Shown here piece by piece: positions 8,239-17,231 of a stretch of 32,000 nt of DNA. The translations under genes were made by a program, and so were the position numbers. The stretch's first letter is position 1; every line of letters begins with the position of its first letter. The stretch is from assembly GCA_051650125.1 (NCBI GenBank), contig JBOFIK010000013.1, positions 40,598 through 72,597 on the forward strand, given 5' to 3'. Origin of the DNA: Sarcina sp. GTDB taxonomy: Bacteria; Bacillota; Clostridia; Clostridiales; Clostridiaceae. Under the pieces are notes generated by a model. The model was not told where the DNA came from, did not search any database, and was given only the letters and a program-made list of their open reading frames with translations.

Positions 8239-10371
8239 ATGTCAAAGCATGATATAGATAGAACAAAAAATATAGAGTTTTTAGTAGAGGAAAGAAAACT
8301 TGAAGAAACTTCTAATATAATTGCAGAAGAAATGTTAGCCTATGTAAATAAAAGAACTTTTTTAACAAAATATATAGTGGAACAAAGAAAAACTGCTATT
8401 GCAGAATATAGAGATGATGAAGATAAACTTATAGAATATTTTGATCATGAATCCTATGTTAGAGAAGAATCTTTTAAAATGATAGATAGAAAACTTAAAG
8501 AGCTTACTATTTTAAAAGATTCACCTTATTTTGGTAGGATTGGGTATACTGATACAGAGTTTGATGAAATAGGAACTTTATATGTAGGGAGATTTGGAGT
8601 TACACCAGAGGGAACTTTTGAACCAGTAGTAGTTGACTGGAGAGCTCCAATAGCATCACTTTTTTATCATGGAAGTTTAGGAAAGGCATCTTATAAAGCT
8701 CCAAAGGGAGATATAAATGTTGATATAACAAGCAGAAGACAGCTAATTATTAAAAAAGCTATGCTAGAAGGTTTATTTGATTCTGAGGTTGATGTAAAAG
8801 ATGAAATACTTCAAATGGTTTTAAGTAATAACACATCAGAAAAACTTAAAGATGTTATTATGACACTTCAAGCAGAACAGGATAAAATAATAAGACTTCC
8901 AAGAACTAAGAATATAGTGGTTAATGGGGTTGCTGGTAGTGGTAAAACTACAATAGCACTTCATAGAGTAGCTTACCTTTTATATAACAATAGAGAAGAA
9001 TTAGAAGGAAAAGTATTAATACTTGGACCTAATAGCATCTTTATGGATTATATTTCACAAGTATTACCGAGTCTTGGTGAGGTTGGGGTTAAGCAGGAAA
9101 CTTTCCTTGGATTTGCAATGTCTGAGATAGATGAAGAACTTACAATTATGCCATATGAGGAATATTTAGAGAAAATAGTTCAAAAAGATGGTGAGATTGT
9201 AGAGAGAGAAACTTATAAAAATTCTCATGAGTTTGTAAATGATTTAGAGAATTATGCTGATGAATTATCACAGGGATACTTTGATATTAAACCGGTTAAA
9301 TACTACAATGAAATAGTAGTTGATGCTGAGGAGATAAAAGAGTTATTTGATAAGCATTATGCATATATGCCTTTATTTAGAAGAGCAGAAAAAGTGAAAA
9401 GAATACTTACAATTAAGATAAAAGATAAAAGAGATGAAAAATTCAGAGAACTCGTTAAGGAAATAAAAGATTTAAAAGAGTCATTAACTCCAGAAGAACT
9501 TTTAACTCAAGAAAATGATATAGAATTTAAAAGAAAAATTAAAGTAAGGGAGTTAGTTCAAGAAGTTATCCAAAGTAGAAAAGCACTTGATGAATGGATA
9601 CAAACAGAAAGTTGCGTTGCTATTTATAATAGATTTAACGAGAATAGAATTCTTACAGTAAATGATTTAGCTCCAATTTTATATCTTATGATTAAGCTTG
9701 AGGGTAAAAAGGCTAGCAAGGACTTTAGACATGTTGTAATTGATGAAGCACAGGATTATTCACCACTTCAATTTAAAGTCATAAGAGAACTTATTGGAAG
9801 CAAGTATTTTACAGTAGTTGGGGATGTTAACCAAAGACTTATAAAATATTCAGATAAGGCAGCTATGCTTGAACTTGCAGATATATTTAACGATGTAGAG
9901 GCTGAGATTTATAATTTAAATAACAGTTACAGAAGTACATCAGAGATTATGGAGTATGCTAATAAATTCTTAAAAGAAGATAAGATTGTACCTCTTGTAA
10001 GAGAAGGAGAAAAAGTTGAAACTTTAATCACATCTGATGTTCAAGAGTTTAAGAATAAAATATTATCTCAAATTAAGAAGTTAAATGCAGAAGGTTTAGA
10101 AAGTGTTGCTATAATAACTAGAAATTCAGGTAGATTAAAAGAGGTTTGGAATCTTTTAAAAGAAGAAATACATCTTGTTAAGTTTGATACTGAGGATGTA
10201 TTCTACAAAGGTGGAAATCTTATAATACCAGCTTATTTTGCAAAAGGTTTAGAATTTGATGGTGTTATAATGGCAGATTTTGAGGAAGATTTAAGAGAAG
10301 AAGATTTAATTAAGTATATAATGAGTACAAGAGCACTTCATAGTTTGAGTGATATAGTACTTACAAAATAA
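8239..10371 (+). CDS. helD: UvrD-like superfamily 1 helicase, HelD (helicase IV-like, RNA-polymerase-associated) type
   Basis: 710 aa. The N-terminal region carries PYFGRIGY...LYVGRFGV...VVDWRAPIASLFY, which is typical of HelD-type proteins. It also has Walker A GVAGSGKTT and the DEAQD-type motif VVIDEAQDY. Confidence 0.8.
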   Translation: MSKHDIDRTKNIEFLVEERKLEETSNIIAEEMLAYVNKRTFLTKYIVEQRKTAIAEYRDDEDKLIEYFDHESYVREESFKMIDRKLKELTILKDSPYFGRIGYTDTEFDEIGTLYVGRFGVTPEGTFEPVVVDWRAPIASLFYHGSLGKASYKAPKGDINVDITSRRQLIIKKAMLEGLFDSEVDVKDEILQMVLSNNTSEKLKDVIMTLQAEQDKIIRLPRTKNIVVNGVAGSGKTTIALHRVAYLLYNNREELEGKVLILGPNSIFMDYISQVLPSLGEVGVKQETFLGFAMSEIDEELTIMPYEEYLEKIVQKDGEIVERETYKNSHEFVNDLENYADELSQGYFDIKPVKYYNEIVVDAEEIKELFDKHYAYMPLFRRAEKVKRILTIKIKDKRDEKFRELVKEIKDLKESLTPEELLTQENDIEFKRKIKVRELVQEVIQSRKALDEWIQTESCVAIYNRFNENRILTVNDLAPILYLMIKLEGKKASKDFRHVVIDEAQDYSPLQFKVIRELIGSKYFTVVGDVNQRLIKYSDKAAMLELADIFNDVEAEIYNLNNSYRSTSEIMEYANKFLKEDKIVPLVREGEKVETLITSDVQEFKNKILSQIKKLNAEGLESVAIITRNSGRLKEVWNLLKEEIHLVKFDTEDVFYKGGNLIIPAYFAKGLEFDGVIMADFEEDLREEDLIKYIMSTRALHSLSDIVLTK

Positions 10372-10376
10372 TATAT

Positions 10377-10422
10377 AAGGTCAAGATAGTTTGAAATTAA
10401 AAATTATCTTGACCTTTTTTTT
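10377..10422 (+). terminator. intrinsic terminator after the helicase gene
   Basis: Perfect 12-bp stem, aaggtcaagata pairing with tatcttgacctt, followed by a T-run. Confidence 0.85.
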
Positions 10423-10596
10423 GTTAAAAAAAAATTATATGATAAAATATACAAAACATTTATTGTAATCTTTTACACTAAATGTTAATATATTTATATG
10501 GCATAAATTGTTAATTAATTGAAATGTAGCTTTAAATTTTCAAATGAGATTTTTTTGTTATTATGACTATGTTTCATTAATATAATTATAAAAAAG

Positions 10597-10624
10597 TTGA
10601 ATAAAATAAATAACGAATTATAAT
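10597..10624 (+). promoter_or_regulatory. candidate sigma-A promoter for the ABC transporter operon
   Basis: TTGAAT (10597-10602), a 16-nt spacer, then TATAAT (10619-10624). An alternative TGcTATAAT lies at 10699-10707. Hexamer matches are common in DNA this AT-rich. Confidence 0.3.
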
Positions 10625-10837
10625 CTGAAAAATATATTAAATAAACGTTAATATACAAAGAATTTAATAAGGATAAGAATATTTTTATGATAATTATATG
10701 CTATAATAACTATCAAAATGATAATAAATTCAATGTATAAACATATAAAGTAATATTTTAGAGTTTTTTGAATGTTAATTTATTAAATTATGTTGAATTT
10801 GTATTATAAATATTTAATTTTTAGGGGGACGATTACA

Positions 10838-11941
10838 ATGAAAAAAAGAGTAATTGCAATGGCAGTAACTGCTTTAATGGCAACAGGTGTTTTAGCGGGC
10901 TGTGGTGGCTCATCAGAGGGCGCAGATATAGCTACAGAGGGAAAGGCAACAATGCAAGTTGGTATGATTACTGACGCAGGTACAATTGATGATAAGTCAT
11001 TTAATCAAGGTACATGGGAAGGAATTCTTAAAGCTAAAGAAGAACTTAAAATTAAAGAAAAGTACTTACAACCAAAAGGTCAAACAGAAGCAGATTATTT
11101 GAGAGAAATTACAAATATATATGATGCTGGTAATAAGCTTATTATTACACCAGGATTTAAATTTGAAACAGCTATATACAAAGCACAGGAAAAATATCAA
11201 GATGCTAAATTTGTATTATTAGATGGTTCACCAAAGAAAGATGCTAATACATTTGAGCCAACAGTTGGTGAAAATACAGTTTCTATATTCTATGCCGAGC
11301 ATGAGTCTGGTTTCCTTGCTGGTATTGCAACAGCATTAGAAATTAAGGAAGGCGATGCTGGATTTATCGGTGGTCTTGAAATACCTCCAGTACAAAAATT
11401 CAACTGGGGATTCCAACAAGGTATAGCTTATGCTAATGAAAAGCTTGGAACTAAAGTTACAATTAAAAAAGAAAATGTTATTTATGCAGAGTCATTTGAG
11501 GAGCATGCTAAAGGTACACAGATAGCAGATGCTATGTATGATAGAGGTGTTAAAGCTATATTTGCTTCAGCTGGAAAAGTTGGGGTTGGAGTTATAACAG
11601 AAGCTAAGACAAGAGCAGCTAAGGGTGAGGATGTTTGGGTTATTGGAGTTGACGTTGATCAATATGAAGATGGAATATATGAGGGTGATAAGTCAGTAGT
11701 ACTTACATCAGCTACTAAGAAAATTGGTAAATCAGCTTTTGAAATGATTCAACACGAATTAAATGGAACATTCCCAGGTGGAGAAACTTTAATATTTGAT
11801 ATTAAGACAGATGATGTTGGGCTTCCAACAGAAAATCCTAATTTATCAGCTGAAACTACAGCTAAAGTTGATGAAGTTGTTAAGTTAATGAAGTCAGGAG
11901 AAATTAAAGTTTCTGCTGAACAAGGTGATTTAATAAAGTAG
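10838..11941 (+). CDS. BMP-family (PnrA/Med/NupN-like) ABC transporter substrate-binding lipoprotein
   Basis: I chose the start at ATG 10838 because of the aggggga RBS. The lipoprotein signal peptide ends in the lipobox LAGC. The sequence is typical of the BMP family (GMITDAGTIDDKSFNQ). Confidence 0.9.
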   Translation: MKKRVIAMAVTALMATGVLAGCGGSSEGADIATEGKATMQVGMITDAGTIDDKSFNQGTWEGILKAKEELKIKEKYLQPKGQTEADYLREITNIYDAGNKLIITPGFKFETAIYKAQEKYQDAKFVLLDGSPKKDANTFEPTVGENTVSIFYAEHESGFLAGIATALEIKEGDAGFIGGLEIPPVQKFNWGFQQGIAYANEKLGTKVTIKKENVIYAESFEEHAKGTQIADAMYDRGVKAIFASAGKVGVGVITEAKTRAAKGEDVWVIGVDVDQYEDGIYEGDKSVVLTSATKKIGKSAFEMIQHELNGTFPGGETLIFDIKTDDVGLPTENPNLSAETTAKVDEVVKLMKSGEIKVSAEQGDLIK

Positions 11942-11952
11942 TTTATTTTTTA

Positions 11953-11982
11953 ATAGACGGGATGTAAATTCCGTCTATTTTT
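11953..11982 (+). terminator. intra-operon hairpin plus T-tract between the binding-protein and ATPase genes
   Basis: Perfect 8-bp stem, atagacgg pairing with ccgtctat, with a 10-nt loop, followed by tttt. Confidence 0.6.
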
Positions 11983-12054
11983 CTAACTAGAGATAGTTTG
12001 CGTTACTTTAAAATACATAACTTGCAATAGTGCTTGTTATTAGGGGGAATAAAA

Positions 12055-13620
12055 ATGGAATATATAGTAGAGATGCTTAATATCCGTAAAGAGTTTGCTG
12101 GAATAGTTGCTAATGACAACATTACTTTAACTTTAAAAAAAGGTGAAGTTCATGCTCTTTTAGGTGAAAATGGAGCTGGTAAATCAACTTTAATGAGTGT
12201 TCTTTTTGGTATGTACAAGCCTGAGAAAGGACAGATAAAAATTAATGGTGTGGAGACTAAGATTACTAGTCCTAATAAGGCTAATGAACTTGGGATAGGA
12301 ATGGTTCATCAGCATTTTAAGCTTGTTGAAAATTTTACAGTTACGGAAAATATAATACTTGGGTGTGAGCCTAAGAAGTTTGGGATAGTTGTTGACAAAG
12401 CAAGTGCTGCAAAGAGGATAGCAGAAATTTCAGAAAAATATAATTTAAATATTGATCCTTATGCAAAGATTGAGGATATTTCTGTTGGTATGCAGCAAAG
12501 AGTAGAAATTTTAAAAATGCTTTATAGAAATGCTAATGTGCTTATTTTTGATGAACCAACAGCAGTGCTAACACCTCAGGAAATTAATGAACTTATGAAT
12601 ATTATAAGAGATCTTATTAAAGAGGGTAAGTCAGTTATTATAATTACTCATAAACTTAGAGAAATTAAGGCGGTTGCAGATAGATGTACTGTTATAAGAA
12701 GGGGTAAATATATAGGAACTGTTGATGTTAAGGATACTAGCGAGGCTAATATGGCAAAAATGATGGTTGGCAGAGAAGTATCATTTAAAGTTGAAAAAAA
12801 GGATGCGACTCCAGGTGATGTCGTGCTTAAAATAAATAATCTTTCTGTTAATAATAATAAAAAAGTTTTAGGGCTTAAGAATTTTTCAATTGATGTTAAA
12901 GCGGGAGAGATACTTGCAGTAGCAGGGGTTGAGGGTAATGGACAAAGTGAAATAGTTGAAGCTATTACCGGAATGAGAAAAGTAGTTTCTGGAACTATTG
13001 ATTATAAGGGGGAGAATATAACTACTTTATCTATAAGAAATAGGATAGATAAGGGAATTGCTCATATTCCAGAGGATAGACATAAAAGAGGATTAGTCCT
13101 TGATTATAATTTAGAAGATAATATTGCCCTTAAGTGTTATAAAAATAAGCCATTTTCAAATAAAGGTTTTATTAATAGAAAGGCTATAAGAGAACATGCT
13201 GAAAGAATTATTAATGCTTTTGATGTTAGGTCGGGACAAGGGGCAAAAAGTAGTGCAAGGTCTATGTCAGGAGGAAATCAACAAAAAGCTATTATAGGAA
13301 GAGAAATTGAAATGCATCCAGAACTTTTAATAGCAGTTCAGCCTACAAGAGGACTTGATGTTGGTTCTATTGAATATATTCATAGCAGACTTGTAGCTCA
13401 AAGAGATAAGGGGAAAGCAGTGTTATTAATTTCATTAGAACTTGATGAGGTTTTAAATGTTGCGGATAGAATTGCAGTTGTCAATGGTGGAGAACTTATA
13501 GGAATAGTTGATGCTAAGACAACTGATGAAAATGAAGTTGGTCTTATGATGGCGGGAATTAGAAAAAATGATGAGCTTACAGTAGTAGGAGTGGATAAAG
13601 GAGGTAACAGTAATGAATAA
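12055..13620 (+). CDS. ABC transporter ATP-binding protein with duplicated ATPase domains (sugar/nucleoside type)
   Basis: I chose the start at ATG 12055 because of the aggggga RBS. The track start at 12034 is a TTG. Domain 1 has Walker A GENGAGKST. Domain 2 has the signature MSGGNQQK and an LSLELDE Walker B-like motif. Confidence 0.92.
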   Translation: MEYIVEMLNIRKEFAGIVANDNITLTLKKGEVHALLGENGAGKSTLMSVLFGMYKPEKGQIKINGVETKITSPNKANELGIGMVHQHFKLVENFTVTENIILGCEPKKFGIVVDKASAAKRIAEISEKYNLNIDPYAKIEDISVGMQQRVEILKMLYRNANVLIFDEPTAVLTPQEINELMNIIRDLIKEGKSVIIITHKLREIKAVADRCTVIRRGKYIGTVDVKDTSEANMAKMMVGREVSFKVEKKDATPGDVVLKINNLSVNNNKKVLGLKNFSIDVKAGEILAVAGVEGNGQSEIVEAITGMRKVVSGTIDYKGENITTLSIRNRIDKGIAHIPEDRHKRGLVLDYNLEDNIALKCYKNKPFSNKGFINRKAIREHAERIINAFDVRSGQGAKSSARSMSGGNQQKAIIGREIEMHPELLIAVQPTRGLDVGSIEYIHSRLVAQRDKGKAVLLISLELDEVLNVADRIAVVNGGELIGIVDAKTTDENEVGLMMAGIRKNDELTVVGVDKGGNSNE

Positions 13621-14692
13621 AAAAGCAGGATTATCTTTACTTGCTGTGTTACTTGGACTTTTTGCAGGTGGTTTATTAATGATTGCAATGGGGTATAACC
13701 CAGCTCAGGGGTATACATTCTTAGTTAAGGGTGGAGTTCAAAGTATGGAGAGAATAGGTAATACAGTGGCGACAGCTGTACCACTTATTTTAACTGGACT
13801 TTCAGTAGCTTTTGCTTTTAAAACAGGACTATTTAATATAGGGGCTCCTGGCCAAATGCTATTTGGAGGATTTTGTGCTTTAGGTGTAGGTCTTACTTTA
13901 GAATTACCACAGTTTGCAATGATTATAGTTATGACTTTAGCGGGGATTATTGGTGGAGCTTTATGGGCTATTATCCCCGGGGTGTTAAAGGCGAAATTTA
14001 ATGTGCATGAAGTTGTTGCTACAATTATGATGAACTGGGTTGCTTATTGGATAGTGTTTTATGCAGTTCCAGCTTATTTTAAAGGTGAATTTATGGAAAC
14101 TGAATCAAGAGCACTTCCAGAGTTTGCAACTTTACACATAAAACCTCTTACAGATATGTTTGATGGTTCATTTATAAATCTTGGAATAGTACTTGCTTTA
14201 ATAGCAGTTACTATAATTGCTATTATTTTAGATAAAACAGTTTTAGGATATGAACTTAAAGCCGTTGGATTTAATAAGGATGGAGCAGAGTATGCAGGAA
14301 TGCCTGTTAATAGAAATATTATTTTATCAATGATGATAGCTGGTGCACTTGCAGGTCTTGCAGGGGTTGTCCAGTATACGGGTAATGCAACTGCAATGCA
14401 AATTGGTGTTATGCCAAGTCAAGGATTTGATGGAATCGCAGTTGCACTTCTTGCAGCTAATTCACCGATAGGTGTTGTATTCTCAGCATTATTCTTTGGC
14501 CTTTTATATACAGGAAGAGGATTTATGAGTGCCATGACTGGGGTGCCACCAGAGATAGCAGATACAATAATATCAATAATAATTTATTTTGCGGCTACAA
14601 GTGTGATTGTAAGTAAATTTATGGATAAATTTTCAAAAAAGAGAAAGCTTAAAAAAGAATTAAGTAATAGTTCAACAAAGGGGGAGTCTTAA
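13613..14692 (+). CDS. ABC transporter permease (BPD_transp_2 / NupP-like)
   Basis: 359-aa polytopic membrane protein. RBS is aaggagg. It overlaps the upstream stop by 8 nt. Confidence 0.88.
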   Translation: MNKKAGLSLLAVLLGLFAGGLLMIAMGYNPAQGYTFLVKGGVQSMERIGNTVATAVPLILTGLSVAFAFKTGLFNIGAPGQMLFGGFCALGVGLTLELPQFAMIIVMTLAGIIGGALWAIIPGVLKAKFNVHEVVATIMMNWVAYWIVFYAVPAYFKGEFMETESRALPEFATLHIKPLTDMFDGSFINLGIVLALIAVTIIAIILDKTVLGYELKAVGFNKDGAEYAGMPVNRNIILSMMIAGALAGLAGVVQYTGNATAMQIGVMPSQGFDGIAVALLAANSPIGVVFSALFFGLLYTGRGFMSAMTGVPPEIADTIISIIIYFAATSVIVSKFMDKFSKKRKLKKELSNSSTKGES

Positions 14693-14693
14693 T

Positions 14694-15650
14694 ATGTGGG
14701 GTATAATTGAGCAAATTTTTCCATCTGCTATGGCTTATATGGTACCTTTACTGATAACAGCTTTAGGTGCTTTATACTGTGAAAGAAGTGGAATTGTTAA
14801 TATAGGGCTTGAAGGGTTTATGATTGTTGGATCATTTGCAGGAGCTTTTACAATAGTAGAATTACAGGATAAAGTTCCAGCAGGAAGTTCATATCATCTT
14901 TGGATTGGACTACTTGTAGCAGTTGTGGTTGGAGCACTATTTTCATTATTACATGCTTTTGCAAGTATAAATCTTAGTGCAAATCAAGTAATAAGTGGAA
15001 CTGCTATAAATATGATAGCTGGTGCTTTAACAATATTCCTTGCAAGGGCAATTACAGGGAGTGGAAATATAGGTATTCAAATGGGATTCTTAAGTAGAGA
15101 TATTCCTGTATTATCAAATATTCCAGTTATTGGACCATTATTATTTACTAAGACTTATCCAACAACATGGTTAGTTTTAGGACTTATTTTACTAAGTGTG
15201 TTTATTCTTTATAAAACAAGTTTTGGTATGAGATTAAGAGCCTGTGGTGAGCATCCGCAAGCAGCTGCGGCAGCTGGAATAAATGTATTTAGAATGAGAT
15301 ATATAGGAGTTATGATTTCAGGTGGTCTTGCATCACTTGGTGGGGCTATAATTATCGTAACTTATGCTGGAGAATTTAATGGTAGTGTTGCTGGTCTTGG
15401 ATTCTTAGCACTTGCAGCATTAATTTTTGGACAATGGAAACCTCTTGGAATACTTGGTTCAACAATGTTCTTTGGATTTGCAATAACAATAGCAAACGTA
15501 TCACAAGCTATTCCAGAACTTGCAACAATTCCACCAGTAGCATTAAAAGTATTCCCATATATAGTAACACTTTTAGCTCTTGTGATATTCTCAAAATCAT
15601 CACAAGCACCAAAAGCAGCAGGAGAACCATTTGACGCAGGGAAGCGATAA
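14694..15650 (+). CDS. ABC transporter permease (NupQ-like)
   Basis: 318-aa polytopic membrane protein. It starts 1 nt after the upstream stop and has a ggggag RBS. Confidence 0.88.
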   Translation: MWGIIEQIFPSAMAYMVPLLITALGALYCERSGIVNIGLEGFMIVGSFAGAFTIVELQDKVPAGSSYHLWIGLLVAVVVGALFSLLHAFASINLSANQVISGTAINMIAGALTIFLARAITGSGNIGIQMGFLSRDIPVLSNIPVIGPLLFTKTYPTTWLVLGLILLSVFILYKTSFGMRLRACGEHPQAAAAAGINVFRMRYIGVMISGGLASLGGAIIIVTYAGEFNGSVAGLGFLALAALIFGQWKPLGILGSTMFFGFAITIANVSQAIPELATIPPVALKVFPYIVTLLALVIFSKSSQAPKAAGEPFDAGKR

Positions 15651-15653
15651 GTG

Positions 15654-15757
15654 ACACCCCAAATTTTAATTTGGATGGTGGAACTTACTCAGCGAGCGAA
15701 TGTGAGTCGAGTTTCCTACACCCCAAATTTTAATTTGGATGGTGGAACTTACTCAGC
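15654..15757 (+). repeat. perfect 40-bp direct repeat, two copies separated by 24 nt
   Basis: ACACCCCAAATTTTAATTTGGATGGTGGAACTTACTCAGC occurs at 15654-15693 and again, with 40/40 identity, at 15718-15757. Each copy contains the palindrome ccaaatt-tt-aatttgg, bracketed by cacc...ggtg. Confidence 0.95.
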
Positions 15758-15844
15758 TACATTGAGAATCTAAATCTATGATTTAGTTATTCGAAAGTAC
15801 TTAGCGACTTTGGAGCTAAGGTTCATATGTATATAAAATATTTT

Positions 15845-15876
15845 AGTCATGCTAATTTAGGTTAGCATGACTTTTT
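15845..15876 (+). terminator. intrinsic terminator of the ABC transporter operon
   Basis: Perfect 11-bp stem, agtcatgctaa pairing with ttagcatgact, with a 6-nt loop, followed by ttttt. Confidence 0.85.
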
Positions 15877-16021
15877 GAGGGAAATCAAACGAATGATTAA
15901 AATTCTTAGTGTAAAATAATTCGTTACAGTGTATAATAGATTAAATATATATTTTGTAGTGAGTTCTTTTATTGGGGAATAAAAAACAGAATTTACCTAG
16001 TTAAAATGGAGGGCTATTAAT

Positions 16022-17071
16022 ATGATAAATACGATAAAATACAGCTTTAGGAATGATTATAGTGAGGGAGCGCATGAGAACATTATAAAATCATTAGTAA
16101 GCAGTAACTTAGAGCAGACAGATGGATATGGTTATGATCCTTATTGTGAAGAGGCAAAAAAACTAATAAAAGGTAGATTGAATAATGAAGAGTCAGATAT
16201 TCACTTTTTAGTTGGGGGAACTCAAACTAATTTAATAATGATATCATCAGCACTTAGACCTTTTGAGTCAGTTATTGCAGCGAATACAGGGCACATAAAT
16301 GTACATGAAACCGGTGCTATTGAAGCAACGGGACATAAAGTTTGCGGGGCACCTTTTAGAGAAGATGGAAAACTTAGAATAGAAGATATACAAGTTATAT
16401 TAGATGAACATGTTGATGAACACATGGTTATGCCAAAGATGGTATATATATCACAGTCAACAGAAGTCGGAACTATTTATACTAAAGCAGAGCTTAAAGA
16501 GATTTATAATTTCTGCCAAAGCAATGAGTTAATTCTTTTTGTTGATGGTGCAAGACTTGGTTCAGCCCTTGCAAGTTATGATAATGATATGACTTTAGAA
16601 GATTTAGCACATTTAAGTGATGCCTTTTATATCGGAGCAACAAAAAATGGAGCGCTTCTAGGTGAAGCACTTATTATAAACAATAAAACTTTAAGTAGAG
16701 ATTTTAGATATTATATAAAACAAAGAGGTGCATTACTTGCTAAGGGAAGAGTTATAGGAATTCAATTTGTAGAATTATTTAAGAATGAATTATTCTTTGA
16801 ACTTGGTAAACATGCAAATGATAGGGCAATGCAACTTAAAAGGGGACTTGTAGAACTTGGTGTTGAGTTTTTAACAGATTCACCAACAAATCAGATATTT
16901 CCTATAATATCAAATGAGAATTTGGAAATATTAAAAGCGAATTATGACTATACTTTTTGGAGTAAGGTTGATGAAAGTAGAAGTTGCATAAGACTTTGTA
17001 CATCATGGGCAACTAGAGAAGATATGGTTAATGAATTTTTAAGTGATTTTAATAAAATTTTAAATAAATAA
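16022..17071 (+). CDS. PLP-dependent threonine aldolase / beta-eliminating-lyase family protein
   Basis: 349 aa. Typical family features are N-terminal FRNDYSEGAH, GGTQTNL and the PLP-Lys context GATKNG. RBS is atggaggg. Confidence 0.75.
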   Translation: MINTIKYSFRNDYSEGAHENIIKSLVSSNLEQTDGYGYDPYCEEAKKLIKGRLNNEESDIHFLVGGTQTNLIMISSALRPFESVIAANTGHINVHETGAIEATGHKVCGAPFREDGKLRIEDIQVILDEHVDEHMVMPKMVYISQSTEVGTIYTKAELKEIYNFCQSNELILFVDGARLGSALASYDNDMTLEDLAHLSDAFYIGATKNGALLGEALIINNKTLSRDFRYYIKQRGALLAKGRVIGIQFVELFKNELFFELGKHANDRAMQLKRGLVELGVEFLTDSPTNQIFPIISNENLEILKANYDYTFWSKVDESRSCIRLCTSWATREDMVNEFLSDFNKILNK

Positions 17072-17130
17072 AAAATGGAATTATTATAAATATAATATTT
17101 CATTATATTTGGTAAGTTTCAAATTAAAAC

Positions 17131-17169
17131 ACACCTATGGAAGTTGAAAATTTTCATAGGTGTATTTTT
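17131..17169. terminator. bidirectional intrinsic terminator
   Basis: 9-bp stem, acacctatg pairing with cataggtgt. It is followed by attttt on the plus strand and by gttttaattt on the minus strand. Confidence 0.75.
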
Positions 17170-17177
17170 GATTATAT

Positions 17178-17214
17178 ATAGCCTCTCCTTAGTTATAGAT
17201 GGGGAGGCTATTTT
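17178..17214. terminator. second GC-rich hairpin between the convergent genes (terminator-like)
   Basis: 11-bp stem, atagcctctcc pairing with ggggaggctat (a G-U pair on the plus strand, a mismatch on the minus strand), followed by tttt on the plus strand. Confidence 0.45.
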
Positions 17215-17231
17215 GGTAGAATCTTTTTCTT

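Noticed and set aside
10608-10620. A PurBox-like sequence, aataacgaattat, upstream of the nucleoside ABC operon.
   Set aside because: It matches AWWWCCGAACWWT at only 11/13 positions, and I could not find the required inverted partner box at the usual 16-17 nt spacing. It cannot be told apart from AT-rich background.
15654-15757. A possible minimal CRISPR array (a repeat with an internal palindrome, then a spacer).
   Set aside because: There are only two repeat copies and one 24-nt spacer. No cas genes or leader are present, and the element sits inside an operon 3' UTR upstream of its terminator.
15651-15773. A 40-codon GTG-initiated ORF (VTPQILIWMVELTQ...) spanning both copies of the 40-bp repeat.
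   Set aside because: It has no RBS. It starts 1 nt after the permease stop. The 64-nt repeat period puts the two identical copies in different reading frames, so the repeat conservation acts at the nucleotide level, not the protein level.
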